Positions 39,513 through 49,295 of a stretch of 64,000 nucleotides of DNA are shown here, in pieces; within the stretch, counting starts at the first letter, position 1, and every line of letters starts with the position of its first letter. The DNA is from an uncultured Bacilli bacterium (GTDB lineage: Bacteria; Bacillota_I; Bacilli_A; RFN20; CAG-288). The notes beneath the pieces were generated by a model. The model was given only the letters and a program-made list of their open reading frames with translations, did not search any database and was not told the DNA's origin. The position numbers were made by a program, and so were the translations under genes. The DNA lies in NCBI GenBank assembly GCA_963544395.1, contig CAUUFA010000005.1:7499-71498 (forward strand), in the 5' to 3' direction.

Positions 39513-40628
39513 ATGGCTTACAAAGTTTTAGGTCTTGTCGACTGCTTCAACGAACCCGAACTCGGTCTGATGACGAGACATCGCTCTGTCGCATCCACCA
39601 CCTTCCTCTCCCGTTATGCCTTCATCGACTTTCCGCTCTCTAACTTCTTGAATTCCAACATTCCGAGCATCGGTGTTCTCTGCCGCAACCACATTCGTTC
39701 TCTGCAGAAACATGTCGGCAACGGAAGATATTGGATCGGCAACACGAAAATCGGGGATTTCTCCATCCTTTACGATGAACCAAATGTCGCTAACCCCGGC
39801 TATAACACCGATGTTGCTTGCCTTTTGGAGAACCACTGGTATCTGAAGCAGATTCATCCGGATTATGTCATCATCGCCGAACCGCACTTCGTCTTTGAAG
39901 CGGACTATGACCTTCTTCTGAAGGAACACATCGCTTCCGGAGCGAGAATCAGCATGCTCTACACGAAGGCGGACCATCTCAAGACCAGCTTCATCAACGA
40001 TAGGAAGATCTATCTTTCTCCGACCAACAAGATCCTTCGTATGGAAAAGAACAAACTCAACGAGGACGAGGGCAACATCGCCGTTGGTTCTCTGATCATG
40101 GATTATCCGATGCTGGAGAGCCTTTTAGACTATGCTTCTTCCACCTCTTCCTTCTTCGGCTTGATGGACACTCTCAATTACGTCTCTTCCTCCGTTTTGA
40201 TCCGTCCGGTCCTTCTGAACTCCTATGTCCGGTCCATCGATTCGCTTCCGCACTACCTGAAATATTCGCTCGAACTCCTTGATGAGGATGTCTTCCACAG
40301 TCTGTTCAAAGAAGACTGGACCATCCGCACCAGGACCTATGATACCCCGCCGACCTGCTATCGTGATGGTGCGATCGTCGAGAACGCCTACATCGGAAAC
40401 GGCTCCATCATCGAAGGAACCGTCATCAACTCTGTCCTCGGCAGAGGTGTCAGAGTCGAGAAAGGTGCCATCATCCGCAATGCCTGCATCGGCTCCGGTT
40501 CTCTCATCGCGGCGAACACCCACATCGAGAATGCGGTCGTTGATCGGGAAGCTCAGGTCGTCCATATCTCGGAAGTTAAAGGCTCGATGGATGATCCAAT
40601 CTACATCGCCAGAGGAGATATCATCTGA
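39513..40628 (+). CDS. glgD: Glycogen biosynthesis protein GlgD (regulatory ADP-glucose pyrophosphorylase subunit)
   Basis: 371 aa. Degenerate nucleotidyltransferase N-terminus after glgC. Left-handed beta-helix C-terminus. RBS AAGGAGGA. Confidence 0.78.
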   Translation: MAYKVLGLVDCFNEPELGLMTRHRSVASTTFLSRYAFIDFPLSNFLNSNIPSIGVLCRNHIRSLQKHVGNGRYWIGNTKIGDFSILYDEPNVANPGYNTDVACLLENHWYLKQIHPDYVIIAEPHFVFEADYDLLLKEHIASGARISMLYTKADHLKTSFINDRKIYLSPTNKILRMEKNKLNEDEGNIAVGSLIMDYPMLESLLDYASSTSSFFGLMDTLNYVSSSVLIRPVLLNSYVRSIDSLPHYLKYSLELLDEDVFHSLFKEDWTIRTRTYDTPPTCYRDGAIVENAYIGNGSIIEGTVINSVLGRGVRVEKGAIIRNACIGSGSLIAANTHIENAVVDREAQVVHISEVKGSMDDPIYIARGDII

Positions 40629-42046
40629 TGAATATCTTATTAGTAAGCGCAGAAGCTCTTCCTTATTCAAAGTCCGGCGGATTAGCAGATTTCATCTTCT
40701 CTTATGCCAAAGCCTTGGTGAAGAACGGAGATAAAGCCTCCGTCATCACCCCGCTCTATAAATCCATCCGAGACAAGCATCCTGAAGTCATGAACGGATT
40801 CTATGATCAGTTCGATTTCAAGATGAACTGGCGGACTCAGGGCTGTGGCGTCTTCCACACTGTGGTCTCCGGTGTCGACTTCTACTTCACGGCGATGGAC
40901 CGTTTCGACCGAGACAACATGTATGGATATGGCGATGATAACGAACGTTTTGCCTGCTTCATGATGGCGGTCAACACCTTCATCACCCGTCACAACGTCT
41001 ACGATGTCGTCCACTGCAACGATTGGCAGACAGCTGTTCTTCCTCTGCTGCTCACCTATAATCCGAAAAGCATCAAGACTGTTTTGACGATCCACAACCC
41101 GGCGTTTCAGGGCTGGGCGACCCGAGATAATCTGTCCGAGTATTTCAACCTAGACCGGGGTTATTTCGACACCGGCTATGTCAAGATGGGCGATTCCTTC
41201 AACTATCTGAAGACTGGCATCATGTCGGCCGACAAGATCAACACGGTCTCCAAGACCCACGCCAGAGAGCTGCTCTCCGATCATCAGGGATTCGGCGGGA
41301 TCGGCGCAATCTTGGATTGGTGCCGGCATTATGATTTCAGCGGCATCGTCAATGGACTGGATGTCGATATCTGGGATCCTAGGACCGATAAGGAGCTCGT
41401 TGCCAACTACGATGAAAAGACCTATAAGAGCGAGAAGGCGAAAAATAAGAGAGCTTTGCTGAAAAAGCTCGGCATCGCCGAGGATGTCAACGTTCCTCTC
41501 TTCTCTGCTATCACTCGTCTGAGCTCGCAGAAGGGCGTCGATAGGATCATGCAGCTCTTCCCGCATCTCGAAGAGAAGAACGCCAGGCTTGTCGTCATCG
41601 GGACCGGAGAGATGGAGGATGTCTTCCTTCAGGACTCTTTGCGGTATCCGCGCGTCTATTTCGTCAAACGCTACGATGAGAATCTCGCTCATCTTCTCTA
41701 CGCCGCTTCCGACTTCTTCTTGATGCCCTCCTATTTTGAACCCTGCGGAACTTCCCAGCTGATCTCCATGCGCTATGGAACTTTGCCTCTCGTCTCCGAT
41801 GCCGGAGGGCTTAACGACACGGTCAAGGACATCAACTCCGGTTACGGAGCGACAGGATATGTTTTCAACAACCAGGATTACTTCGGCTGCGTGAACAAGT
41901 TCTATTACGCCTGCGATATGTACTGGAGAAAACAGCTTGATCCCTTCATCCTCAACGGCATGCAGGGCGACTACTCTTGGTCGAAGAGTGCTAAGGAGTA
42001 TCTCAACCTCTATCGCTCCATCGACTGGAAAGGCAGAAAGCAGTAA
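40628..42046 (+). CDS. glgA: Glycogen synthase (ADP-glucose type, GT5)
   Basis: 472 aa. N-terminus MNILLVSAEALPYSKSGGLADF. Confidence 0.9.
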   Translation: MNILLVSAEALPYSKSGGLADFIFSYAKALVKNGDKASVITPLYKSIRDKHPEVMNGFYDQFDFKMNWRTQGCGVFHTVVSGVDFYFTAMDRFDRDNMYGYGDDNERFACFMMAVNTFITRHNVYDVVHCNDWQTAVLPLLLTYNPKSIKTVLTIHNPAFQGWATRDNLSEYFNLDRGYFDTGYVKMGDSFNYLKTGIMSADKINTVSKTHARELLSDHQGFGGIGAILDWCRHYDFSGIVNGLDVDIWDPRTDKELVANYDEKTYKSEKAKNKRALLKKLGIAEDVNVPLFSAITRLSSQKGVDRIMQLFPHLEEKNARLVVIGTGEMEDVFLQDSLRYPRVYFVKRYDENLAHLLYAASDFFLMPSYFEPCGTSQLISMRYGTLPLVSDAGGLNDTVKDINSGYGATGYVFNNQDYFGCVNKFYYACDMYWRKQLDPFILNGMQGDYSWSKSAKEYLNLYRSIDWKGRKQ

Positions 42047-42077
42047 AAGCAGCTGTTTTTTACCGAGCAAGAAAATA

Positions 42078-42106
42078 TTTACTTTGCTGACAATTAGTCT
42101 TATAAT
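42078..42106 (+). promoter_or_regulatory. Promoter for rpmF
   Basis: TTTACT (42078-42083), 17 nt spacer, TATAAT (42101-42106). Confidence 0.4.
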
Positions 42107-42157
42107 TACATTTGCTGTTTTACCAAGCGAAATCATAAGAAAGAGAGGGTTAATCAT

Positions 42158-42349
42158 ATGGCAGTCCCAACAAGAAGAAGAGGCCATGCGAAACAGGGTC
42201 AAGTCAGACAGAACACCGCTTTAAAGGCTGTTAATACGGTCACTTGTCCGAATTGCGGCGCCGCGATCAGACCGCATCACGTCTGTCCGAACTGTGGTTA
42301 CTACAACGGCAAGAAAGTTCTTGACGTCAAAACCAAAGACGCTGAGTAG
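42158..42349 (+). CDS. rpmF: 50S ribosomal protein L32
   Basis: 63 aa. MAVPTRRRGHAKQ... plus a CPNCG...CPNCG zinc ribbon. Confidence 0.9.
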   Translation: MAVPTRRRGHAKQGQVRQNTALKAVNTVTCPNCGAAIRPHHVCPNCGYYNGKKVLDVKTKDAE

Positions 42350-42374
42350 TCCTCGTCTGTTCCTTGCAAAATGT

Positions 42375-42397
42375 GCCCACCTGAGTGTGGGCTTTTT
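42375..42397 (+). terminator. Rho-independent terminator after rpmF
   Basis: gcccac (42375-42380), loop ctgagt, gtgggc (42387-42392), then TTTTT. Confidence 0.55.
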
Positions 42398-42415
42398 CTT
42401 TCAAAGGAGGCTAAT

Positions 42416-42868
42416 ATGACTTATCTGGAATCCATCACCTATCAGGCGGGAAGGTTTTTAGAGCTCTCTCAGTATGTGCTGAAGAATGCTTTCCGAGTCG
42501 CTTATCTCTATTGCGGGAGTCAAAAGCTGATGCCTTACACCAAAGGAGAGCAGGCCCTTTACGCTGCCGAGAGCCAGGCACGAGAGGCTCTCTCTTCGAA
42601 GAGAAAAGAAGGAAGCGAAGCCTTACTCTCTTTCTTTCAGAACAAAGGGCTGTCGGAGAAGGATCTTCGTGCTCTGACGAAGATGTTAGCGCAGAGAGAT
42701 TATCTTGAGTCTGGTTTCTTCCTAGATTACGGACCTGAGTTTGCCAAGGAAGAGGTCACCTCTTATGAAAGGGCAATCCACGAGCTTGAAGCCTATTGCC
42801 AAGCGGCTGATGACCTCAATGTCTCCTTAGCTTCTGCCGCCGAGAAACTCTCGTCCAGCTTCCATTAA
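42416..42868 (+). CDS. Hypothetical protein (start reassigned to MTYLES, after the terminator and an RBS AAAGGAGG)
   Basis: The ORF track starts at 42371 inside the rpmF terminator. ATG at 42416 with RBS at 42403-42410. No recognisable family. Confidence 0.45.
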   Translation: MTYLESITYQAGRFLELSQYVLKNAFRVAYLYCGSQKLMPYTKGEQALYAAESQAREALSSKRKEGSEALLSFFQNKGLSEKDLRALTKMLAQRDYLESGFFLDYGPEFAKEEVTSYERAIHELEAYCQAADDLNVSLASAAEKLSSSFH

Positions 42869-42913
42869 GTTCGTGAAGTTGAGGCTTGATTCCGTTATAA
42901 TGTTACAAGGTAG

Positions 42914-44200
42914 GTGATCACTATGTTAGATTTTACGTCCTCTGTCATTGCACTGAAACAGATTCTCTTTGAGCGCAAGAGCTTCAACGATGTTCTTTTC
43001 CATACGTTCCTGATGGAGAAGCTTTCCCGCCAAGGCAAGAAGAATGTCAGGGATATTGTTCTCGGTGTCTTACGGCATCATAACACCTTGGTGTTTGAGG
43101 CGATGAATCTGTTCCATCATAACAAGAAGAGCGAGGAGATCCTGTTAGTCATCGCCGCTTTGTATGAAGCAAGATATTTGAAGATCCTTTCTAAGGAAGA
43201 TCTTTCTCTCACCTATGAGGAGACAATCCGTCGGCTCAGACTCGACAATGTTGCCACTGAAGCGGAAGTCATCTTCGAAAACGCCAAGAAGCCGTTCCAC
43301 ATCCCAGAGGAAGTCAAAGAGTCGCCTTTCCTTTACGATGCTCTTGTTTTGGAGACGCCGGAATTCCTGCTTAAGAAATTCGCCAAGGATTACTCTCCTA
43401 AAGATTCGATTTCTATCGCTCTGTCCCTGCATCAGAAGAGTAAGGATTTTTTTGGTCTTGACGAGCGGATCGGTGATCGGGACAGCCTGATCAGCGACGA
43501 TGGGTTCACCTCCATCGAACTGTCTGATAAGACACTGTTATTCAAATCCGACCGTGCGCTGTCCTCGTCGGAAGCCAAAGCCAAAGGACTTTATCCCTTA
43601 GGTTACTTAGAGGCGCTCGCCTACAGCAAGGTTTCTCTGCCTCAGGTCTCTCCGAAAGTGCTTCTGATCGGTTGCACCACGCAGAGTGTGGCTATCAATC
43701 TCGGTTTAAGGACGCGGGATTCCTTCGAAGCGGAAGTGATTTCTGTTTATGAGAAAGCGGACAAGTATCGCCTTGCCATCGATGCGCTCAAGCGCTTCTC
43801 TCTCTCGAAGAACGTCAAGCCGCTATTGACGACGCCTGAGCTTGTGAAGACGTACCTCAGTTATGACTGCTACGATCTTGCCGTCTGCTTCGGCAAGTCG
43901 ACCGATATCGGTCTCAGCCGCAGGAAGCCGGAGATTCTTCCCTCTTTGGAGGAAAAGGATTTTGCCAAGAACTTCACGCTTGCCCTTCACGACTTAAAGG
44001 AGACCTCAGAATTTGTCAAAAACGGCGGAAAACTTCTCTTCTTAAGCCACGGTCTTGTCAAGGATGAGACCAAGAAAGTGGTCCGCAAGTTCTTATCGGA
44101 TATGCCTTCCTTCGCCATGGTTGAGGAGGCGTTCATCCTTCCGAATATGATGGACAGCGACGGCGGATACTACGCGATTCTCGAAAAACAGCATGACTAG
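42914..44200 (+). CDS. RsmB/Sun-like protein (NusB-like N-terminus) with a degenerate SAM-binding motif and a catalytic TCS motif replaced, probably a non-catalytic 16S rRNA m5C methyltransferase homolog
   Basis: 428 aa. N-terminus DIVLGVLRHHNTLVFEA resembles the RsmB NusB domain. Motif IV-like LAVCFGKSTDIGLSRRKPEI. Motif I GCTTQSVAI is degenerate. Motif VI reads SHG instead of TCS. Gene order rsmB-rlmN-prpC-prkC-rsgA-rpe. Confidence 0.45.
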   Translation: MITMLDFTSSVIALKQILFERKSFNDVLFHTFLMEKLSRQGKKNVRDIVLGVLRHHNTLVFEAMNLFHHNKKSEEILLVIAALYEARYLKILSKEDLSLTYEETIRRLRLDNVATEAEVIFENAKKPFHIPEEVKESPFLYDALVLETPEFLLKKFAKDYSPKDSISIALSLHQKSKDFFGLDERIGDRDSLISDDGFTSIELSDKTLLFKSDRALSSSEAKAKGLYPLGYLEALAYSKVSLPQVSPKVLLIGCTTQSVAINLGLRTRDSFEAEVISVYEKADKYRLAIDALKRFSLSKNVKPLLTTPELVKTYLSYDCYDLAVCFGKSTDIGLSRRKPEILPSLEEKDFAKNFTLALHDLKETSEFVKNGGKLLFLSHGLVKDETKKVVRKFLSDMPSFAMVEEAFILPNMMDSDGGYYAILEKQHD

Positions 44201-45236
44201 CATTTATTCTTATTCTCTTGAGGACCTGACCAAGCTTCTGCTCGGGATGGGGCAGAGTGCCTACCGCGCCAAGCAGATTTATGCCTGGCTTTATAAGCGC
44301 GGGGTGAATTCGTTTGATGAAATGTCGGATATTGCCAAAGGCTTCCGCGAGGAACTGAAAAAGAATTTCGATTTTTCTCTTCCGGAATGCTCCGTGAAGC
44401 AAGAGAGCAGTGACGGCACCATCAAGTGCCTGTTCCGCCTGAAAGACGGCGAGCAGGTCGAAGGTGTCTTGATGCATTATGTCTACGGCTATTCCGTCTG
44501 CGTCTCCTCTCAGGTCGGCTGCAATATGTCCTGCGCGTTCTGCGCTTCCGGACTTCTTAAGCGGAAGCGAAGCCTGACACCGGATGAGATGCTGGGTCAG
44601 GTTTTATATTTCGACCGTCTTCTTCAGGAGAGAGACGGCTCTCTTCATGTCACACATGTCGTCGTCATGGGAACGGGAGAACCTTTCGATAATTACGACA
44701 ATGTTCTCTCCTTTGTCCGGATCATCAACTCTCCTTTCGGTATCAATATCGGAGCGCGCCACATCACGGTCTCGACCTGCGGTATCGTTTCTGGCATTCT
44801 CCGCTTCGGGAAAGAGGGGCTTCAGATCAACCTCGCCATCTCGCTTCATGCTCCGAACAACAAGCTCCGTGATCTTCTGATGCCGATCAACAAAGCCTAT
44901 CCCCTCGAGCAGCTCATCCCTGCCATCATGCAGTACGGCAAGGACAGCGGCGGAAGAAGAGTGACGTATGAATATATTCTGATCAAGGATGTCAACGATT
45001 CTCTCGAGTGTGCGAGGCAGCTCTTTGATCTCATCGCACCGACGTTCGGTTATGTCAATCTGATTCCTTATAACCCTGTAATGGAGAACGGATTTGAGCG
45101 GAGCCCTGACGATCATGTCACTCTCTTCCATCAATTCCTGCTTCAGAAGGGCGTCAAGTCGACGATACGGAAAGAGTTCGGCAGCGACATCGATGCCGCC
45201 TGCGGTCAACTGAGGGCAAAACATGGAAATTATTAA
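44193..45236 (+). CDS. rlmN: 23S rRNA/tRNA adenine C2 methyltransferase RlmN (radical SAM)
   Basis: 347 aa. CNMSCAFC radical SAM cysteine cluster. Conserved position. Confidence 0.85.
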   Translation: MTSIYSYSLEDLTKLLLGMGQSAYRAKQIYAWLYKRGVNSFDEMSDIAKGFREELKKNFDFSLPECSVKQESSDGTIKCLFRLKDGEQVEGVLMHYVYGYSVCVSSQVGCNMSCAFCASGLLKRKRSLTPDEMLGQVLYFDRLLQERDGSLHVTHVVVMGTGEPFDNYDNVLSFVRIINSPFGINIGARHITVSTCGIVSGILRFGKEGLQINLAISLHAPNNKLRDLLMPINKAYPLEQLIPAIMQYGKDSGGRRVTYEYILIKDVNDSLECARQLFDLIAPTFGYVNLIPYNPVMENGFERSPDDHVTLFHQFLLQKGVKSTIRKEFGSDIDAACGQLRAKHGNY

Positions 45237-45969
45237 AAAACATATTGCGGCGCTGAGCGATATCGGCAAGAAGCGCAAGAATAACGAGGATGCTGCCTAC
45301 GTCGCTGAGACGGCGTATGGAACCTTGCTTGCGGCTGCTGATGGCATGGGCGGACACCGCAAGGGTGAAGTCGCTTCGAAGATCGTCATCGACTCTTTTT
45401 CCATCCCCTTCTTTTCCTATCGGAAAGTCTTCAATCTCCGGCGCTCGAAGAAGTTCTTCCGACGTTATCTGAAGAATGCTAACCGTGAAATCTACCGCAT
45501 GTCCTTAGCGGGCGATGAATATAAAGAGATGGGGACGACGGCAGTCTCCGCTCTGATTTATGATAAAGGCGTCTATGTCATCTCGGTCGGTGACAGCCGC
45601 TGCTACACCTTCTCTGAATCGACGGGACTGATGCAGAGAACCAGCGATCAGACCTATGTGGAGATGCTCTTTGAGACTGGGCGGATCAAAAAATCCGAGA
45701 TTGCGACGCACCCTCAGAAGAACCTTCTGCTCAACGCCGTGGGCATCAATCCGGATGTCACAAATGTTGAAGAGCTCATCCTTCCGAAAGAGGAGTGTGA
45801 TGTGATACTCCTTTGCACCGATGGACTCTATAATATGGTGTCGGATCAGGAGATCGCCGAGGTCCTCTGTGATTCAGACGATGCGGAAAGCAAGGCGAAG
45901 CGTCTCATCGATCTGGCGTTAGAACATGGCGGAAACGACAACGTTGCTGTCGTTCTCTGGGTGAAATGA
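45223..45969 (+). CDS. prpC: PP2C-family Ser/Thr protein phosphatase (PrpC/Stp)
   Basis: 248 aa. SDIGKKRKNNEDA and MGGH motifs. Confidence 0.85.
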   Translation: MEIIKKHIAALSDIGKKRKNNEDAAYVAETAYGTLLAAADGMGGHRKGEVASKIVIDSFSIPFFSYRKVFNLRRSKKFFRRYLKNANREIYRMSLAGDEYKEMGTTAVSALIYDKGVYVISVGDSRCYTFSESTGLMQRTSDQTYVEMLFETGRIKKSEIATHPQKNLLLNAVGINPDVTNVEELILPKEECDVILLCTDGLYNMVSDQEIAEVLCDSDDAESKAKRLIDLALEHGGNDNVAVVLWVK

Positions 45970-45970
45970 T

Positions 45971-46960
45971 ATGGAAGCATTTGATTTTGTTCATGACAAC
46001 ACGATTCTCGATGATCGGTATAAGATTTATGACTCCTTAGGGGAAGGAGGCATGGCTATCGTTTACCGCGCTCATGACCTCATCACCGATAAGGATGTCG
46101 CTGTCAAGATGATGAAGCCGGAGACGGCTCAGGATAAGGTCAACTTATCCCGCTTTGAGCGCGAAACTAGGGCTGCGGCCTCTCTCAACCATCCGAACAT
46201 CGTCAAAGTTGTCAATGTGGGTTCTTATCAGGGAATCCCTTATATGGTCAATGAATTTGTCGATGGACAGAACCTCCGTCAGGTCTTAGATGTCCGTGGG
46301 AAGTTCTCCTTCTTGGAAGCCTGCGACATCATGTACCAGCTCTGCCAGGCGGTCATGTACGCCCATGCTCATGGTGTCATCCATCGCGACATCAAGCCGG
46401 CCAACATCTTCCTCACGCAGGATGGATCCATCAAGCTGGGCGATTTCGGCATCGCCACCTTCCGCAACAGCGCTCATGTGACTCGATCCGAAATCGTTGT
46501 CGGTTCCGTTCATTACATCGCTCCGGAGATTTCCAAAGGCAACCCTGCCACGCCGAAATCCGACATTTACTCCATGGGAGTCACCTTCTTCGAGCTGATC
46601 ACGGGCAGAGTGCCTTTCGATGGAGATAACAACATCTCTATCGCTCTCGCTCACGTCAAAGAAAAATTCCCTTCCATCAAGAAGTTCAATCCCAAGACGC
46701 CGGACACCATCTCCCGCATCATCTACAAGGCGGTGGAGAAAGATCCAAATGATCGTTATATTTCGGCCGAGTATATGGGAAAAGATATTGAGAAGATCCT
46801 GAAGAATCCTTCTCTGTTAGAGCAGAAGAGCGGATTCTTCTACAATCTTTTCCATCGTAGTTCCGCCGATGCGCTGCGGAAAAAAGAAGAGCGGAATCAG
46901 AAGAAGATGCTTCAGGAAGCCGCTAAAGAAGCTAAGAAGGAAAAGAGAGATGATCGATAA
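45971..46960 (+). CDS. Hanks-type Ser/Thr protein kinase, short soluble form without TM or PASTA domains
   Basis: 329 aa. VAVK, HRDIKPANI, DFG, APE motifs. Basic C-terminal tail. No hydrophobic segment. Confidence 0.85.
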   Translation: MEAFDFVHDNTILDDRYKIYDSLGEGGMAIVYRAHDLITDKDVAVKMMKPETAQDKVNLSRFERETRAAASLNHPNIVKVVNVGSYQGIPYMVNEFVDGQNLRQVLDVRGKFSFLEACDIMYQLCQAVMYAHAHGVIHRDIKPANIFLTQDGSIKLGDFGIATFRNSAHVTRSEIVVGSVHYIAPEISKGNPATPKSDIYSMGVTFFELITGRVPFDGDNNISIALAHVKEKFPSIKKFNPKTPDTISRIIYKAVEKDPNDRYISAEYMGKDIEKILKNPSLLEQKSGFFYNLFHRSSADALRKKEERNQKKMLQEAAKEAKKEKRDDR

Positions 46961-47852
46961 GACATATCGTGTCTTAGGTTCTGGTTCGCTCGGGTATCAG
47001 CTCTATGATGTAGAGACGAAGGGAATTTCCTCCCATCCTCATCGCCGGGGTAAGCTTTCCTACGAAGACAAAAAGATCATCATCGGGGATTATGTCCGCC
47101 TCGATCAGGATGGCTTGATTGCCGATGTCCTGCAAAGAACAAGCTTTCTTCAGCACCCCCGCCTCTCCAACGTCGATATGATCTATGTCCTGATCAGCGC
47201 AAAAGAGCCGGATTTTTCCTCTTATCTTTTGGATAAGTTCCTGAGCCTGATCACGTTCTCTTCGCTTCGATCCTCCATCGTCATCACCAAGGCTGACCTC
47301 TTGAAACAAAGAGAGAGGAACGTTCTTCAAAAGCGGATGGAGATGTATGAAAAGATCGGTTTTCCTGTTTATTTTGTCGACGCACATCAGGAAAAAGATT
47401 TTGATTTTCCTAAGCTTCATGCCTCCTTGTCTGGCAAGAGTGCAGCTTTTGTCGGACAGACCGGCGTCGGGAAATCGTCTCTGCTCAACACTTTGGACCC
47501 TGAGTATCGGCGCAAGGTCGATGCCCTCTACGTCAATTCCGGACGCGGACGCCATACGACCAAAGAGGTTGCTCTCCTTCCTTATCAAGACGGATTCCTC
47601 TTTGACACACCTGGTTTTTCGGATTTGGAACTTCAGGAGATGAAGAGCGATGATCTCGCACTCAGCTTCCCAGGATATGAGCCTTATTACGGCACCTGTT
47701 TCTTCAAGGACTGCCATCACTTAGAAGGCGCCAAGGGCTGCAAAGTCCTCGAATCGGTCGAAAGTGGCAAACTCAGTGGAGATTCTTACCAGAATTACGT
47801 TAAACTATATCAGGAAGTAAAGGTGAACGACTTATGGAAAAAGAAACTGTGA
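46950..47852 (+). CDS. rsgA: Ribosome small-subunit-dependent GTPase A (RsgA/CpgA)
   Basis: G-motifs VGQTGVGKSSLLN. C-terminal zinc-finger cysteines CFFKDCHH. Start at 46950 overlaps the kinase stop. Confidence 0.8.
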   Translation: MIDKTYRVLGSGSLGYQLYDVETKGISSHPHRRGKLSYEDKKIIIGDYVRLDQDGLIADVLQRTSFLQHPRLSNVDMIYVLISAKEPDFSSYLLDKFLSLITFSSLRSSIVITKADLLKQRERNVLQKRMEMYEKIGFPVYFVDAHQEKDFDFPKLHASLSGKSAAFVGQTGVGKSSLLNTLDPEYRRKVDALYVNSGRGRHTTKEVALLPYQDGFLFDTPGFSDLELQEMKSDDLALSFPGYEPYYGTCFFKDCHHLEGAKGCKVLESVESGKLSGDSYQNYVKLYQEVKVNDLWKKKL

Positions 47853-48514
47853 TCCGTCCCTCTCTTCTCTCGGCTGACTTCTCTGCTTTAGGGAAAGACA
47901 TCGATGAGGCAATCGGGTTAGGTGTTGAACAGCTTCACTTTGATGTGATGGACGGCATCTTTGTCGATCACATCTCTTTTGGAGATTCAGTTTTTGCTTC
48001 TTTGCAGCCTCGCTTTGGGGATAAGATTATCTTTGATGTGCATCTCATGGTGGCCAATCCTCTGAAGCACCTGCGTCAGTTTGCTGACCTCGGCGCGAAA
48101 GAGGCAGCAATCCACATCGAGGCGATGCAGCCTCAGGATTATGATGGCATCGCGGAGATCAAAGCGTCTCATCCTGGACTGAAAGTCGGTCTTGCTATCA
48201 ATCCGTCAACGGAGGTAGAGGCAATCCGCGAAGTTCTGTCCGACTTCGATTTTGTCCTGGTTATGAGCGTCGTTCCTGGAAAGGGTGGGCAGAGCTTCAT
48301 CGCCGGATCCGAAGTCAAGATTCAGAGATTGGCGAAAATCAGAAGAGAAGAGCACCTCTCTTTTCTGATTGGTGTCGATGGCGGAATCAACGGTGTCACG
48401 GGACCGCTCTGCTATCGTTCCGGGGCAGATTATCTGGTGGCAGGTTCCTATTATTTCCGGGCGAACGATCGGGCGATGCTGCTAAACGAGCTGCATCAGA
48501 AACTGGTGAGATAA
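47834..48514 (+). CDS. rpe: Ribulose-phosphate 3-epimerase
   Basis: 226 aa. LHFDVMDG motif. Confidence 0.85.
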   Translation: MEKETVIRPSLLSADFSALGKDIDEAIGLGVEQLHFDVMDGIFVDHISFGDSVFASLQPRFGDKIIFDVHLMVANPLKHLRQFADLGAKEAAIHIEAMQPQDYDGIAEIKASHPGLKVGLAINPSTEVEAIREVLSDFDFVLVMSVVPGKGGQSFIAGSEVKIQRLAKIRREEHLSFLIGVDGGINGVTGPLCYRSGADYLVAGSYYFRANDRAMLLNELHQKLVR

Positions 48515-48515
48515 C

Positions 48516-49181
48516 ATGAAAAAATCATTGTCCGCAACATTCTTCATCATCGGATTTGCCGCCTTCACAATCTATCTGATCCTTTTGTTTGTTTCCAACG
48601 CCAGACTTTCGAAGGAAAAGCGTTCGCATATCACCAATTCCTATCCTTATCAGTTCTATTTGGATCAGTCCGTCTTTCTCCGTGCGGTCTTATATGTGAT
48701 GCTGGGACTTAGCGCCCTCGGCTTAAGCTTAGGGGAGTCGATGTATCTCTATGGTTTCAATGCAGTTTATCTGAATATCCTATCGGTCGCTTTTCCCTTA
48801 GCTCTCATCGCGATGATCTTCAGCAATTTCATCTCCCTGAATCATTACCGGATTCACCTTGCTCTGTCGGCATTCAGCTTCTTTGTCTATCTTTCCTCGG
48901 CGCTTCTATTTGCTTTTACTCCTCTGATACTCGGCCCTGTTTTCTCTACCGGAATCAAGCTTCCGATCTATATCATCATCGGCATTCTGGGCGGCGCCTC
49001 TTTCCTTGCGATGTTCAATCCGAAACTGATGGATTGGGCGAAGATGAACCGAGCGGAAGAGAATGGCAAAGTCTTTTATGTCAAACCGAAAGTGAATTAC
49101 TATCCACTCTATGAGTGGATTTTCCTGCTCTTTATGGTCTTCACCGCCTTCCTGATGTTCCTTGATTTGGTGATTGCTTAG
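48516..49181 (+). CDS. Hypothetical polytopic membrane protein
   Basis: 221 aa with about 6 hydrophobic helices. Confidence 0.5.
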   Translation: MKKSLSATFFIIGFAAFTIYLILLFVSNARLSKEKRSHITNSYPYQFYLDQSVFLRAVLYVMLGLSALGLSLGESMYLYGFNAVYLNILSVAFPLALIAMIFSNFISLNHYRIHLALSAFSFFVYLSSALLFAFTPLILGPVFSTGIKLPIYIIIGILGGASFLAMFNPKLMDWAKMNRAEENGKVFYVKPKVNYYPLYEWIFLLFMVFTAFLMFLDLVIA

Positions 49182-49228
49182 CAGACCTCGGCTATTCGAT
49201 AAACAATATTCTGTTATCAAAGCTAACG

Positions 49229-49270
49229 AAAACAAAAAGAGACCTGCTTCCCGGGAAGCAGGTCATTTTC
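49229..49270. terminator. Bidirectional Rho-independent terminator between the convergent membrane-protein gene and rpmB
   Basis: gacctgcttc (49241-49250), loop ccgg, gaagcaggtc (49255-49264). T-rich on both sides, stronger for the minus strand (rpmB). Confidence 0.5.
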
Positions 49271-49295
49271 AGCGATTGTATCTGAGAAAAGGAGA

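Noticed and set aside
42047-42075. Possible terminator after glgA (aaaagcagctgtttttt).
   Set aside because: The only complementarity is the palindrome cagctg with no loop. It is too weak to call a hairpin terminator.
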